Below are positions 1 through 13,875 of a stretch of DNA of 64,000 nt, one piece after another. The stretch lies in the NCBI RefSeq assembly GCF_009914755.1, contig NC_060930.1. One strand, given 5' to 3'. A model generated the notes under the pieces. That model was given only the letters and a program-made list of their open reading frames with translations, searched no databases and was not told the origin of the DNA. The stretch's first letter is position 1, and each line of letters starts with the position of its first letter. A program made the translations under genes and the position numbers. Source of the DNA: the human T2T-CHM13v2.0 reference genome, Homo sapiens.

Positions 1-68
1 ACACGTAGGGATTATGAAAACTACAATTCAAGATGAGATTTGGGCGAGGACACAGCCAAACTCTATCA
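1..68 (-). mobile_element. THE1/MST-type MaLR LTR, 5' terminus only (window edge)
   Basis: 'ggattatg..ctacaattcaagatgagatttggg..ggacacagccaaactctatca' is the reverse complement of the THE1 LTR start (TGATATGGTTTGGCTGTGTCC...). Confidence 0.85.
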
Positions 69-249
69 CCTACTTAAAATAATAAAATAACAAACCACAT
101 AAATGAATAGGCCATTTGGTCATGCTCTGCCTTTGAATTGACAAATATCTGAAGTTGCCAGTGTTTAAAATTATTGTTCCCCTAAAAGAGAAAAAAAAGG
201 ACCAATCTTGACTCATTATCTAAAATATTTAAATATAAAAATGAAGACA

Positions 250-1130
250 CCATTTGTTCATCTAGTCAACATATATTTATCGAGTATTGTGTACCAGGCA
301 TTGTTCTGAGCTCTGGAAAATAGAAATTTAAAGAAAGAGAGAAACATGGTTTTTATCTTCATAGAACTTAGTGAGAGAGACATAAATATATGAAAGAATT
401 ATACAAATAAATGTAAAATGATAGCTGTGATAAGAGCTAGGCAGGATACTTAATGGACAATTACTGGGTGCTATGGAAGTGATTAATAGAAGCTATAGAT
501 CTATTCAAGGGTGGCAGGGAAGCATCCAAGGGGAAGTGAGGCTTCAACAGGTTTTGAAGGAAGGGTAGGTGGTAACCAGGCTGAGAAGGGAGGAGGGATG
601 GGCAAAGCGAGAACGTAGACAGGAAGGAAGGGCACCCATCAGGCAGGCCTTTGCAGCAGCGGTGAGAATTTGGCTCTTTATTTTCAGAGCAACGACAGGC
701 TGTTACAGCCACATCTTCTTAGTGATATGATCATGAGAGTTAACATTTATCTGCCGTAGAGCTCTACTTAATATGTTAGGATGGTAAAATACATTGAGTT
801 TTTCTTATACCAGGCACTGTACTGTGTACTAGAGATAAAAATGTGAACAAACATGGTTCTTGACTTCCAGAATTTCACATTCATGTGGAAGAAAAGGTAT
901 AGAAAAAATATATTTGTGAGAAGTTATAATAACAGAAGAATATATAAATTCAGAATATAAAACAAAGCTGAAGCTTGAGGTCTGTGAGGTTCAGGAAAGG
1001 CTAATGTCAGCAGTTGTTCTCTAGAGCAGACATTGAAGAATGAATAGGTATGTTTGCAGGGGGTGCTGATCAGGCAGAGGGAACAGCATGAGCAAAGGAA
1101 TGAGGGTATGGAACAGTATGGTGTGCATGT
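250..1130 (-). mobile_element. L2 LINE 3' fragments (two, degraded)
   Basis: 'tcaacatatatttatcgagtattgtgtaccaggcattgttctgag' (~265) and 'cattgagt..taccaggcactgtactgtgtactagagata' (~792) resemble the antisense L2 3' end. Confidence 0.6.
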
Positions 1131-2774
1131 GTGTGGAGCTCAGAGCGCATGGCAAGTAAGCACTTCAAGAGCATAAAGTACACAAAGAGGATGAATCAGG
1201 CAGGAAATTTGGATCTGGGCAGGAGGTGATAAGTATCATTTGCTGTAACATGAAGCTTTTCCTAAAAAAACAAAAACAAAACTTTGCTATAGATAGTTGG
1301 AAGGGAAGTGGGTCAAGCAAGGTGATAAGAAGAAACAGGAAACAAAGTTGATAGTATATTTTTTTTTCTCCCATAGGCAAAGTTGTTGTACATAAATATA
1401 CTTTACTTTTGTGTTCTGGGAGTTTCAGAGCCTTTATCTGTTCTGTCTTCTTTAGCTTCCTCTTTAGGATTTTCTCCTCTCTGTCCTCTCAATTTCATTG
1501 ACTTTTATTCTCCTTTCAAAACCTAACTCTCCCTGGTGCTTTGGAGAAGAGGTATTCAGCTGGAGAAGATTCAGCCCCTCTTCTTGCATTTCTTTATCTC
1601 TTCTGAATGCTGATTTCATATCCCTACTTTGTTCACAGAACACCTGGCATTCTTCCGTCATATTTCCAAATTTCTCTATAAATAACCAGCTATGGGAATT
1701 TTATTATCTACAGGACACACAAACAAAGATTTTCTTGACAGTCTACCAAATGGGTGTGAGGTATATCTATGATCAGACCATCCCCAAGGAATAGGTGGCC
1801 TGCCTCCATGAGGGAACAATGAGAAGTCGAGCATTTGGGGGGATATTTGCAATTTTAAAAGGCATGTAAACCACACTTTAAAAAAATACAGGCTTTTCTT
1901 CTTGATATGTATAACTTTCCTAACTCTCAGTTAGCTTCATACCTTCAGGCAGGAAGGAAGAAATGCAATATTGGCAAAAAATAATTCACTAGAATTGGCT
2001 GGGAATGATGTGTTTCTGGCACTCTGAGATACTTAACACCTTTCAGAATAGAGGAAAAAGTTGCTTTGAAAATGTTTCAGCAAGGCACACATGGAGAATA
2101 TTCCTGATGAAGACAGGCTGTTAGCACTGTATTTTACCACTGCTTTCCTCCACCCAATTCCATCACTAAATATGCTGTTATTCTCCCATTTGGGGTCAAA
2201 AGTCTAGAAACTGGCTAGGGTTTCTGCCCTGTTTCAAATAAACTTATTCGTAAATTGCATAGAAAAAGAGTTTCTTTCAAAACAATACACATATACAGAT
2301 ATACATGGACCAGTATCAGTATCCAATTAGGCAGATGAGGATGGTACTGCATTGGCAACAGGCCAGAACATACACATGGATTAAAAAAAAAAAAAAAAAA
2401 ACAGGCTCAAATAAAATAACCTAAATCAGGCTCACAATACTTGTCTCTTTTAAAGAACTATTCTGTAACATTTCCTAGAGTAATATTTGATCTCTTGATT
2501 GAATTATGATTTATTTTCAACAGGTGTACACTCTGACACAAAGAACCAGAGCTGAAATTGAGTGTGTTGGGTTCCATTAATTGCACTGGACCATATTTGT
2601 AAAAATTATTTGTCCAGAGAGTGGTAGGCAGCACTTCGAATCTGATCTGGTAGATTTAGTCCAAAATTTTAATGCCACACTTTGTGGAAATTGATAAACA
2701 CCTGGGAGTAATCAGATAAGACTGAACACAACTTGAATCTTTTTTGATGAGCAGTTGTGATGTAAAGTGAAAAA

Positions 2775-3000
2775 GATGTTGGGCCTGGAGTCAGCAGATT
2801 TGGTTTTAAATTTGAAGTCTATTTCACATATTAGATGCTTAATTTTGAGCAACTTCCTTAACCTCCCTAAACTCCAGTATTCTCAACTGTAAAATGATGT
2901 AATAATGCCTATCATACAGTGGTTTTGAAGGCCTTAAATTGCTTTTGCATGTTAAAGTACCTAGCAAAGACCTGGGGTACAGAAAGCTTTCAATAATTGA
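2775..3000 (+). mobile_element. MIR SINE
   Basis: 'ggcctggagtcagcagatttggtttt...cttaacctccctaaactccagtattctcaactgtaaaatg...taaagtacctagcaaagacctgg' follows the MIR consensus. Confidence 0.75.
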
Positions 3001-4173
3001 CTATTGGATAAAAATATGAATGAGTTTAATTTGACTGTTGGGAAATACCTTTTTCCCAGATGAAACAGCCATTGACTTGCAAAACATGAGGGGCAATGAC
3101 TGAGATGAAGACAGAGGAGCATGGCCAGCCTAGTGCAGACAGTGTATTGAAATCCTTATAGAGTGTTTACAGAAATGCCTGCCCTGTCTTGAGGTAAGAA
3201 GATCCTTCCCAAATCTCACCTCGGGTTCTTAGTGTCATACTGGGCCACTCAGAGCCCAAGGAAACTCCCCAGACTCTTGAAATTATTTGTTTCAATAACC
3301 ATGAGATGAGCTCCTGCAAAACAGGGAAAGCATAAATTGCTTCTCCACAGATTAATCAAATGTAATCCAATCTCACTAATAATGACCAAAAGCTTCCTAT
3401 GCACCAAGACTCTACTAAAAATAAACATATATGTCAATAAATGCATAATGTAGTGCTGCACAAAGCAACAAATAAAGTATATGATAAAGCGGAAGAGTAA
3501 ACCAAGTTTTATTTGCTCAGTAAGATAAAGAATTAAAGAGGAAGATGGTACTTTTCTTGGATGACATTACATTTGAAGGGCAGAGGTCCCCATAAATGGA
3601 GATGTTCGAAAGCATTAGAATTTACGGTCTAGAGTGAGTGAGCAGAGGCATGAAATCATTAAAAAAAAATAGATCCCTTCCTAAGCAGACATTCTCAATG
3701 TAGCTTTTGTACTTTCAGCCTTTTCTTTCACTCCCTTTTATCCGTTTTATCTTTAATTTTTTTTCACCTAGAATTCCAATACAACCAACATCTGCATTCG
3801 CATCCTTTCCTGGTCTCTCCAGTCAGAAGGAAATATATTCCATAAGGTGAATTAGATTAGAGTTGCCCCTAGGGAGGATTTGCATTGTGCAAGAGGAACC
3901 CTTGGAATGGAAAATGAAATGAAACCATGTTCCATAGTTTTCCCAAATCGAATGGTTCTGGGTGAAGGCTATGTTGGAGGCAGGGCAGTGGAGCTTGGGG
4001 GATGGGACAGAATGCTTTCCACATGGCCCATTGGTTGCTGGCTGCATCTCCAGAAATAACTTAGCCCTGTGCTTTTCCCAAATGAAGGCTGCTAAAAAGG
4101 GCTGGCTTCCTCAGAAGAGGCTAAATGAAGCCACTGAATGCTCAACAAAAATGGGCTCTAACATTTTTATAAA

Positions 4174-4305
4174 TTTCTTTCTTTTTTTAGAGACAGAGCC
4201 TCCCTATGTTGCCCAGGCTGGTCTCAAAATCCTAGCCTCAAGCTATCCTCTTGCCTCAGCCTCCCAAGTAGCTGGGACTACAGGCACTTGCCACCATTCC
4301 CAGCT
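4174..4305 (-). mobile_element. FLAM (Alu monomer)
   Basis: T-rich tail then 'agagacagagcctccctatgttgcccaggctggtctcaaaatcctagcctcaag...gctgggactacagg'. Confidence 0.85.
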
Positions 4306-6848
4306 TTCTATCATTTTTAACAGCAACATTCCAGGTTGATTTGGCAGCGATTATTGTGAAGAGGGTTTCCTGAAGAGGCCCAGGAAGAGGGGTGATGCCT
4401 GTCACCCACCAGGGGTCATGAAAGGCTGTGTGTCTGGAGCTGAAGGGGACAGAGGGGTGCTGTTACAAAGTCCTCTCTGAATGTTAATTCCATGTTCCAA
4501 ATTTGTTCACAGAACACCTGACAGAAAAACCATTCTTACATTTCTATGATAGCAGGTTGAGATTCACACGCGCCTTCACTTCCTGCCCTTCGTTGCAGTA
4601 TCCATGTGCTTCATTAAACTACTGTCATATTTTCTCCAGAGATGACTGCTTTTCAGTTCTGGGTGAAGTGACAGCTAAATATAACGGAGCATAAATCAAT
4701 CTGCAAACATCTGCTCCTGGGGCCTTTGGAAGGAAAGGTGAGGGAAGTGTACATACATATTTAAGCTCTCTGTAGCAAGACTGAATTTACCACTATGCTC
4801 CTGTATCCTTTGGAGATCCCAGGACATGAAAAATCCATTGTAACAGGACACAGGAAACCCTGCCTCTTCAGGGTCAGCCTTCAAATCACTGCATCAGGAA
4901 ACATTTCATTAAAATTTTCTAGTAGAAGAGGTAACCTTGTGTTTTAAGTAAAAGAACATAACCTAAAGCATATGTAGGGAATAATACCTAATGGAAGAAT
5001 ATGTTATTAAATATCTGCTCAAAAATAATCTTGGTTCTACCAAGAAAAGTATATTATGGGACACAGTATAACTGTAGCCCAAGCATAAAACTCAAATATC
5101 AATGTTCATGATTTTTTGTTTGTTTGTTTGCCTCTCTCTTTGTCTTTTTCTCTCTCTCTGAAGAGAAGAAAATTTAGGTGATTTTAAAGCTACAGTTCTC
5201 ACAAAAGGTTTATGCTCATCTTTTCACTGATGCTCCTATGCATTTAGTTTCTGTTTCATTCCATCAGCATGCCAAAAGAAATCAATTTATAAGCATTACA
5301 GACTTTCTCTCTGAGTTATTGAAAATAAATGCTAATTCATGGGAAAATTGCAAACATGTTACAAGGTACAGGTAATATCTTTTAATGTATGTTGTGAAAG
5401 TATGCTGAACCATATGAGCTGGGCTCATAGTTTTATATACTGTGGGTATAAAAGCTCTCGGTATGTTTGCTAGGAAATATGGAGGCAATTCAGGAGGGTG
5501 CTTTGCTACAGAGCATGCATTTTATGTTTGTCTTCCTAAATCTTGCCAATACATACTGGTTATAAGCCTCAGGATAAATTTGCAATAGAATTTTCTGTCT
5601 TACTAGAAAATCCAATTGGCAAAGCTCTTGGCTAGTAGATAGGGTTTGGGGATTGCACAATCTTAAGGTTGAAAATGAGTTTGGAGTACATACCTATTAT
5701 GATCTGTTTCAAAATCAGGAATATACAAACTTAATAAAGGAGAGAAAGTAAAAATCCTGCAGGACACATATCACAAGCCAAGAGCAAAGATGTTTTTCTC
5801 ATTCTTGAACTGAGTGAAGCAAGCCTAGTTTACAATGACCACTGCCTCTACTCTCACAACGCTGCTATGCTTGTAACCTCTGTGATAGGAGCTCAAATTT
5901 GGGGGAAAGATCTGGGTTTAAATTCAATGCTGTCAAATCCTGAACAAGTTGCTTGTTCTCTGATTCCTCAGTTATAAAACCTATCCACATGATTTTTGTG
6001 ATTACTAAATGTGACACAGTAAATGATGTCCTGACCCAAAGTGAGCACCAGCTACTTTTCACTCTTATCTCCTGATTGGAAATTAGTCATACTTGCTCTC
6101 AAGATACAAAAAAAAAAAAAAAAAAGTTCAATTAGTAATTGTTGAGCATTCACTATGTGCTAGAAAATGTTCTAAGTATAGGGATATAATTGTGAAGACT
6201 GTAACAATAAGAAGAAATAACATTTATCTAAGAGTGTCAGACACTAATCTAGGTACTTGATATAGCAGTAAGTCTGCCTTCCAGGATCTTACAATTTAAC
6301 GGGCATACAGGTGAGAAAATGGGCAGAGGCTGTACAGTGTGATGAGGGCTAAGAGAGTTTGTTCAAGGGCCTAAGGGATCATATTTCTATGGTCAATTAA
6401 TCAGAACTTGAGCGGAGGAGGAAGATTTCTTAGAGAAGATGGCATCACTGTGACCTGCTTATGAGAAAGAGATGGCCTTACTTTCTGAATTTTTGAGTGG
6501 TAAGATAAAAGACTTAGCAGATTGCATACTGTGCCCAGAAAAATGGTCTTTAGATCATTAGGGTAAGAAAGTATGTATGTGTCTTGGTACAGGGAATGGG
6601 GTGGATATGCAGATACAGAATACCCAAGACTGGCAGTCAATGGTATGGCTTCATACAGAGAGAATGTTTCCTCTATAAATCAAATAAATAACCAAAAAAT
6701 AAGAGAATCCCTAGTAAACAAAGAAACTATGAGAATTAGAGTGTTAGAACAAGAAAATGGGTAACATGGCATTTGAAGAAAGGCTGGCTACTCTAAAGGA
6801 AAGCCCCATAAAGTCACTTAAACATGAGAGAGCTAATGAATTGGTGCT

Positions 6849-7586
<738 letters not shown>

Positions 7587-7804
7587 AAATATGCTTTTGA
7601 ACAAATATTCTTATTGTTTCATTGTATTTCTTTAGAAAAGAGGCTGAGTGTTATGGCATGGAAGAACAAAGAAGGTGCTCTACTGGTGGCAGTGCCTAGC
7701 TTAGATATTTCACTTAGCAAATCAGAAGTTCGGAATTACCTGAACTAACATTCCTTAGTAGCTGCTGTGTCAGATTTTTTGAGTACCATGTTTAAAAGTT
7801 CAAG

Positions 7805-8005
7805 CTTTGGAATCAGCCTTCCTTGGGTGAGACCTTAATTCTGCCACTTTCCCACTAAGACAACCTTGGGCACAAATTACTTGACTTTTCTTGACGTACC
7901 TTTTTCTTCTCATTTGCATATAAAATAGTATTTTTTTTACAAGGTAATGAGGATTAAGATAAAGGTACAGTGCTTAGGACAGTTTCTGGCAAATAGTAAA
8001 TTGTT
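7805..8005 (+). mobile_element. MIR SINE
   Basis: 'ctttggaatcag...ttctgccactt...ccttgggcacaaattacttgac...gaggattaagataaa..agtgcttaggacagtttctggc'. Confidence 0.65.
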
Positions 8006-8017
8006 AAAAATTAGGTA

Positions 8018-8464
8018 TCACTGTTCACAATAGCAAAGACGTGGAATCAACCTAAATGCACATCAACAGTAGACCAGATAAAGAAAATGTGGGGCATATA
8101 TACCATGGAATAGTATACAGCCATGAAAAGAATGAGATCATGTCCTTTGCAGCAACATGGATGGGCCCGAAGGCCATTATCCTAAGCAAACTAACACAGG
8201 AACAGAAAACCAGATACCACATGTTATCACTTATAAGTGGGAGCTAAACACTAAATACACATGGACACCAAGAAGGGAACAATAGCCACTGACACCTACT
8301 TGAGGGTGAAGGGTGACAAGGGGTTAAGGATTGAAAAACTACCTATCAGGTACTATCCTTATTACCTGGGTGACAAAATAATCTGTACACCAAACCCCCA
8401 CAACACACAATTTACCCATGTAACAAACCTGCACATGTACCCCTGAACCTAAAAGTTCAAAAAA
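8018..8464 (+). mobile_element. 5'-truncated older primate L1 (L1PA15/16-L1PB-like): ORF2 C-terminus plus 3' UTR
   Basis: ORF 8056-8247 ends 'IMSFAATWM..IILSKLTQEQKTRYHMLSLISGS'; UTR 'gtaacaaacctgcacatgtacccctgaacctaaaa'. Confidence 0.92.
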
Positions 8465-8650
8465 TATATACACATAAGAAATTAGACATTTCTAGATCAT
8501 AACTCTTCCATACCTATGTTAAATTTTTAGACTACTTCATCCAACCTTCTTCTTCATTCCACTGCGTCTCTTTTGTGTGCTGCCATATGACTTTTTAGTA
8601 GCCCTAGAATAATGGCACCCTGAAGAAGTGTCTGGATTTCCACTCTGTAA

Positions 8651-8860
<210 letters not shown>

Positions 8861-10139
8861 TAAACTTATTGAATAAACAGTGCTAAAATCAAGTGACAGC
8901 TAGTTGACCACTTGAGAAGACCAGTTTCTGAGATTAATTTTGGACTGTTGCCGATTTGGAAACTCTGAAAAGAGGAAAACGTGGCTGTAGCTTTCTTTAA
9001 TGGAATTTCCTCTGGCAAATATTCTCTTGAATTGCATAGCAGTATTTAATTCACAAAATGTCAGCGAGAAATAGTGTTAGCTCACTTGGCCCTCCAGAAG
9101 AAACTGTTTTGTCTAAGATCAGGTATCTTAATGACAGAGGCTTTTTATTAATATATATTCCTAGGCAGTGCAGCCACATGTAGTCACTATATAGGAAGGT
9201 TATGTTTCAGAAATATGAGTGCCTTATAATAAAGATATTTTCTTCATGAGGTTCCTAAAATGTATGCTAGGTAATCCATGATCCACTAAATCCATGAAGT
9301 AATGGGTCTGAGATATATGCCATAAACCACAGCAATTCCTTGATGGGAAAACTCGATGTGGATTTGTATATTTCCCTGAATGTCAAGAGTGGTGAGGATG
9401 ACTAAAGTTAACTTTTTTTCACTTTTCCCCTTTCCTTTCACAAAATAGACAAAGTTAACTCCACTCGTTATTTCAGAAGAAAAAGTTACTTATTAAAAAA
9501 AATCCTTCTGCAAAAAAAGAAGCAATAAAAACAATTTCATAGTTTGAAATGTGGCAAAACATGTTGTGATAATCCCCCCAACACACACATACACACACAC
9601 ATTAAAATCATTCACGTAAGTTCTTATCTATTATTTCAATTATAGAAATGAGAAAAATTGTTCACTTTGATGGAAAAAGGCAATAATATAAAATCAAGAC
9701 CAATTAATTTCAACATAAATTACATTTTCCTTAGAGAAAGGGTCACACCCTCACCAATGATATTCCTTCTGGAGGCACAAGTGAAGTTACTAAAGAGACA
9801 AATACATAAACATGCACATATTATACTCCAAGAACCTTAATAACCAACTGGCTGAAGCTTTTCATTCTGTAGCTGATTAGACAGAGAGCTAAAGTATTTA
9901 AATGTCATCTATGGTAGTTCTAAAATAAGTCCACAAGTTTTTATAAGCTCCACTCAAACGGTGGAGCCCAATTTCCCTGTCCTTGAGGGTAGAGCAGATT
10001 TAGCAACTTATTAATATTTTCAAAGAATAGAATGTGGCGGAAGTAGTGGTACAGGGCTTGTGAGACTAGGTCATAAATAGCACGGCTCTTTGCTGTCTCT
10101 TGGATAGCTTGGTCTGGGAGTAGCCAGCTGCCATGTCCA

Positions 10140-10863
10140 TGTCAACAGAGAATTCTAACAGGGCCCCAAGCTTCAGACTCACTAGTGGATCATAGATTAC
10201 CCAGCATATATTTTAGGCACATTGCCTCATGAAGAAAACATCTTTATTATAAGACACTCATATTTCTGAAACATAACCTTCCTATGTAGTGGCTACATGT
10301 GGCCAGTTCTAACAGGGCCCCAAGCTTCCTACCCCTTGATGTGCATGCCCTGCCCCATGAGTGTGGGCAGAACATATGAATACCATCATACATGCATGAA
10401 CAAATAACCATATATGGAAAGGGTAAAGGGACAGTTACCCCTTGGTTATATTATGTTATGTAACACTGTCATAGCGAACTGGAAGGAGATTCTCCTGCAG
10501 CCTTTGAAGAAGTAAGTTGCCATGCGGCGAGAAGGTCACATGCTAGGACCTGAGGACAGCCTCCAGGAGCTGGAAGAGATGCCTGGCCAACAATCAGCAA
10601 GGAAACAGGGACCTCATCCCTACAACCATAAGAAACTGTATTTGACAAACAACCTGAGTGAGCTTGGAGAGGGACCCTGAGCCTGGTGAGAACACAGCCC
10701 AGCCAATGTCTTGATTTCGGCTTCAGAAGAAACTCTGAGCAGAGGCCTCCATCTAACCTATGCCCTGACTCCTGACCCATGGAAACTGTAAGATAACAAA
10801 CGTGTGTTCATTTGGGTCATTACATTTGTAGTACTTTGTTATAGAGCAATGCAAAACTAATAC
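10140..10863 (+). mobile_element. MLT1E/D-like LTR nested in the MLT1F-like LTR
   Basis: Start 'tgtcaacagagaattctaa..ggccccaag', body 'cagcaaggaaacagggacctcatccctacaacc', end 'tttgttatagagcaatgcaaaactaatac'. Confidence 0.8.
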
Positions 10864-11028
10864 TGAAAGGCACTCAGGCCTTCTGCCAATAACCACCATC
10901 ATATGAATGAACCATCTTGGAAGTGGATCTTCCAACCCCCATCAAATCCTCAAGGACTGCAATCCTGGCTGACATCTTAACTGGAATCTCATGAGAGACT
11001 CTAAGTCAGAACGGCACAACTAGGCTGC

Positions 11029-11821
11029 TGTATACATCCTGTTTGGTTAAAAATATATTTTATAATGTTTTAACATCTTTAGAGGCCTAGCTGGCAGGAT
11101 AAACTCCTCCTCCTATGGCTAGCAAATTCAGAGATAATAAACAACTCACTGATGAGCAAAAATGCATATTTCCTGTGTGAACCAGCCAATCTCAATCTCA
11201 AGTCAATACCTCCAACCACCTGCTTTATTTGACTCACACACCAAGCCAATATTTTCCTGCCCTAAATCAACCCAAGACCAGGAAGGTATCACACAACTAG
11301 AGACCACCCCTACAGCACAGAAACCCCCATTATTCTAATCAGTCAGTGCTAAACGTTATCCCTGACCCGCTGTGCCTCTTTCACAGAAAACACAATAAAG
11401 ACTCTGGGCCATAGTTTCTCCTCCCTTCTTTCCTCTGCCTCCTGACCAACTCTGGCGCATCCCCACATGACCCTGTGCAGAGTGGCCTAGCTACCTGCTC
11501 TGGGGAAATGCAAGTAATACATTCTTCCTTCAATGAATAAACCTCCCTATGCCATCACTCAAAAAATTAAAATTCTACCATCCTAGCTAACACAGTGAAA
11601 CCTTGTCTCTACTAAAAATACAAAAAAAAGAAAATTAGCTGGCCATGGTGGCAGGTGCCTGTAGTCCCAGCTACTTGGGAGGCTGAGGCAGAAGGATGGC
11701 ATGAACCCAGGAGGCAGAGCTTGCATGAGCCGAGATTGCGCCACTGCACTCCAGCCTGGGTGACAGAGCAAGACTCCGTCTCAAAAAAATAAAATAAAAT
11801 TTTATGGATGCATTTTTAACA
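11029..11821 (+). mobile_element. ERVL-class LTR (MER74/MER73-like) nested in the MLT1F-like LTR
   Basis: TG...CA ends; 'ggctagcaaattcagagata', 'acaactagagaccacccctac', 'cacaataaagactctgggcc..ctctgcctcctgacc' recalled from that family. Confidence 0.6.
11577..11799 (+). mobile_element. 5'-truncated AluY
   Basis: Starts at 'accatcctagctaacacagtgaaacc'; AluY-type right arm 'ggcatgaacccaggaggcagagcttgca'; A-rich tail. Confidence 0.92.
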
Positions 11822-12004
11822 AAGCTACTCCCTAATTTCTGATCCACAGAAATTATGTAAAATAAATGTTTACTTCTATGTTAAGCTGTAATTATTGGGA
11901 GAATTTGTTACACAGCAAGAGATGACGAATGCACCATCTTTGCCACTACTCATTGACAGGGCCACAAAAGTGAATCTAGGTTACTGATCCTCCTGCATGT
12001 AGGA

Positions 12005-12150
12005 TAAAGTAGCAAAAAGAGCACAGATTCTGACTTCAGACAGATCTCAGTTTGAATTAAAACACTGCTGTCTACTTTCTCTTTAGGCTTCGTCAAATGC
12101 CTTTTTCCTCGATGAGTCTCAATTTCCTTATCTTTAAAGTGGAAATAATA
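12005..12150 (+). mobile_element. MIR SINE
   Basis: 'aagagcacagattctgacttcagacagatctcagtttgaat...gagtctcaatttccttatctttaaagtggaaataata'. Confidence 0.7.
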
Positions 12151-13059
12151 CCAAAGTCATTAGCATTCTATGAAATTTTTGAGAACTAAGCAAGAGAAAA
12201 GTTAAAAAGGGCTTATCATGGAATTGGAATTAAGTAAATATTAGATCTTTATTTCTAATCTTGTGTTCTTCTCACTGTCAGTATGACAACCAAGTTAATA
12301 ATCAGTTGCTAACACAAATAAATTTTGTTGGTCTTAAGATCCCTGACAAGCTCTCTTTGTATAAGCAACTAACATTTGAAGGTAATGGTAAAGGCATCAG
12401 AAGAGGGAAACACAAGAGATTGATATGCATAGGAACAAAGAGACCACCATCACTATCACCATCTTGAAGAGTTTCAGTGTCCTTTCAGGTATATTTTGTA
12501 ATTCTTGGTTGCGGAAGTGAAGGGAGCCAGGTGGTTCCAATAGAGGCTGAGTGCTGTGCCAGAACACCACTGTGAGAAAAAGAGGAAAACACAGTGCTCT
12601 TGTTTTCTCTTATACTTCTTATCTTTGCTAAGACCCATATCTCTCCCTTGCTGTCTTTCCCTCTCTCTTTTCTGAGAGATGTAATAAAAATATGAACAAA
12701 TGCCAGTTGGCCCACTAATATATCCCTTCAGCTAACAAATCATGTCAACAAGCATATAGCAAGGATGATTCTCAAGGTTTATATCTACTTGAGAAAAAAG
12801 TTATGACATATTGAAAAGTTTAAAATCATAAGATGAAAATATAGACAATTAGACCTCAACATTAATAATGAAATCTCAAATAGGGGCTTCAGATAGGTTA
12901 TTTGGAGATGGATTGTACTCCACAATCTTCATGAAACAAAAATTCTGGAAAAAATATTAAATTATAATGATAATTTTGATATTCATCTTTTTTTTAATAT
13001 GCTGGAAATATGGAAACAGTGAAACTCTACCCCGTCCGATATCATATACAAAATCAGTT

Positions 13060-13875
13060 TTTCTCTCATATGCTTTGTGTCATAAAAATATTTTGGCTTA
13101 AGCAAATGCCAGAATTTTTTCTTCCGTGTATTCTAGAAGTTTCATAGTTTTAAATGTAATGTTTAGGCATATGCTTCATTTTAATTTAATTTTTGTATAT
13201 GGTATAATTAAGTACAAATATTCTATTGTTTCAGCACCATTTATTGAAAAGCTACTCTTTCCCCATTAATTTACTTGGGCAACATTGTCAAAAATCAAAT
13301 GACTATACAGTCTATGTCTATTTTTGAACTCACTATTCTATTTCATTTACCTATATGCCTATTCTTATGTCAATACCATATCATCTTCATTACAGTAACT
13401 TTATCATGTTCTGAAATCAGGTAGTGTAAGTAGTCTGTTTTGCCATTCTCATTAAAAATCATCTTGGTTCTCTATTGCTTTTGTATTGTCATGCAAATTT
13501 AAGAATCAAATTGCCTATTGTTACAAAAGTAATGTATCAATGTTGATTGAAATGTTTTTGGTGTATATTTCACTGTGGGGAGAATACACATCCTGATAAT
13601 ATATAGACTCCCCGTCCACAAACACAGTGTATGTCTTTATTGGTTTAGGTCTTCTTTAATTTCTCTCAGCAGTATTTTGTAATCTTAAGGTAAATGTATT
13701 GCACACATTCTATGAAAGTCATCCCTAAATTATCACATTATGATGCTATCACAGCTGTTTTTTCAATTTCCAATTTTTCATTGTTAGTATACAGAAGTAC
13801 AATTGACTTTTATGTATAGACCGTATATCCTGTGATATTGCTAAACATCCTTATTCATTCTAGCAGCATGTTTGT
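13060..13875 (-). mobile_element. Ancient L1M ORF2 fragment
   Basis: Antisense ORF2 motifs 'ttaatttttgtatatggt', 'cagcaccatttattgaaaag', 'tgaaatcaggtagtgtaag', 'ttagtatacagaagtacaattgacttttatgtat'. Confidence 0.8.

Larger units (their letters stand above)
9910..11933 (+). mobile_element. MLT1F-like LTR, split into three pieces by nested insertions
   Basis: Pieces 9910-10139, 10864-11028 and 11822-11933 are collinear with an MLT1F-type LTR ('ccatcttggaagtggatcttccaacccc', 'aatttgttacacagcaagagatgacgaatgca'); 5-bp flanks tcatc/ccatc. Confidence 0.75.

Noticed and set aside
5178-5375. 65-aa ORF bounded by AG and GT as a possible exon
   Set aside because: The polypyrimidine tract is separated from the AG by a purine run with competing AGs; the peptide is unrecognised.
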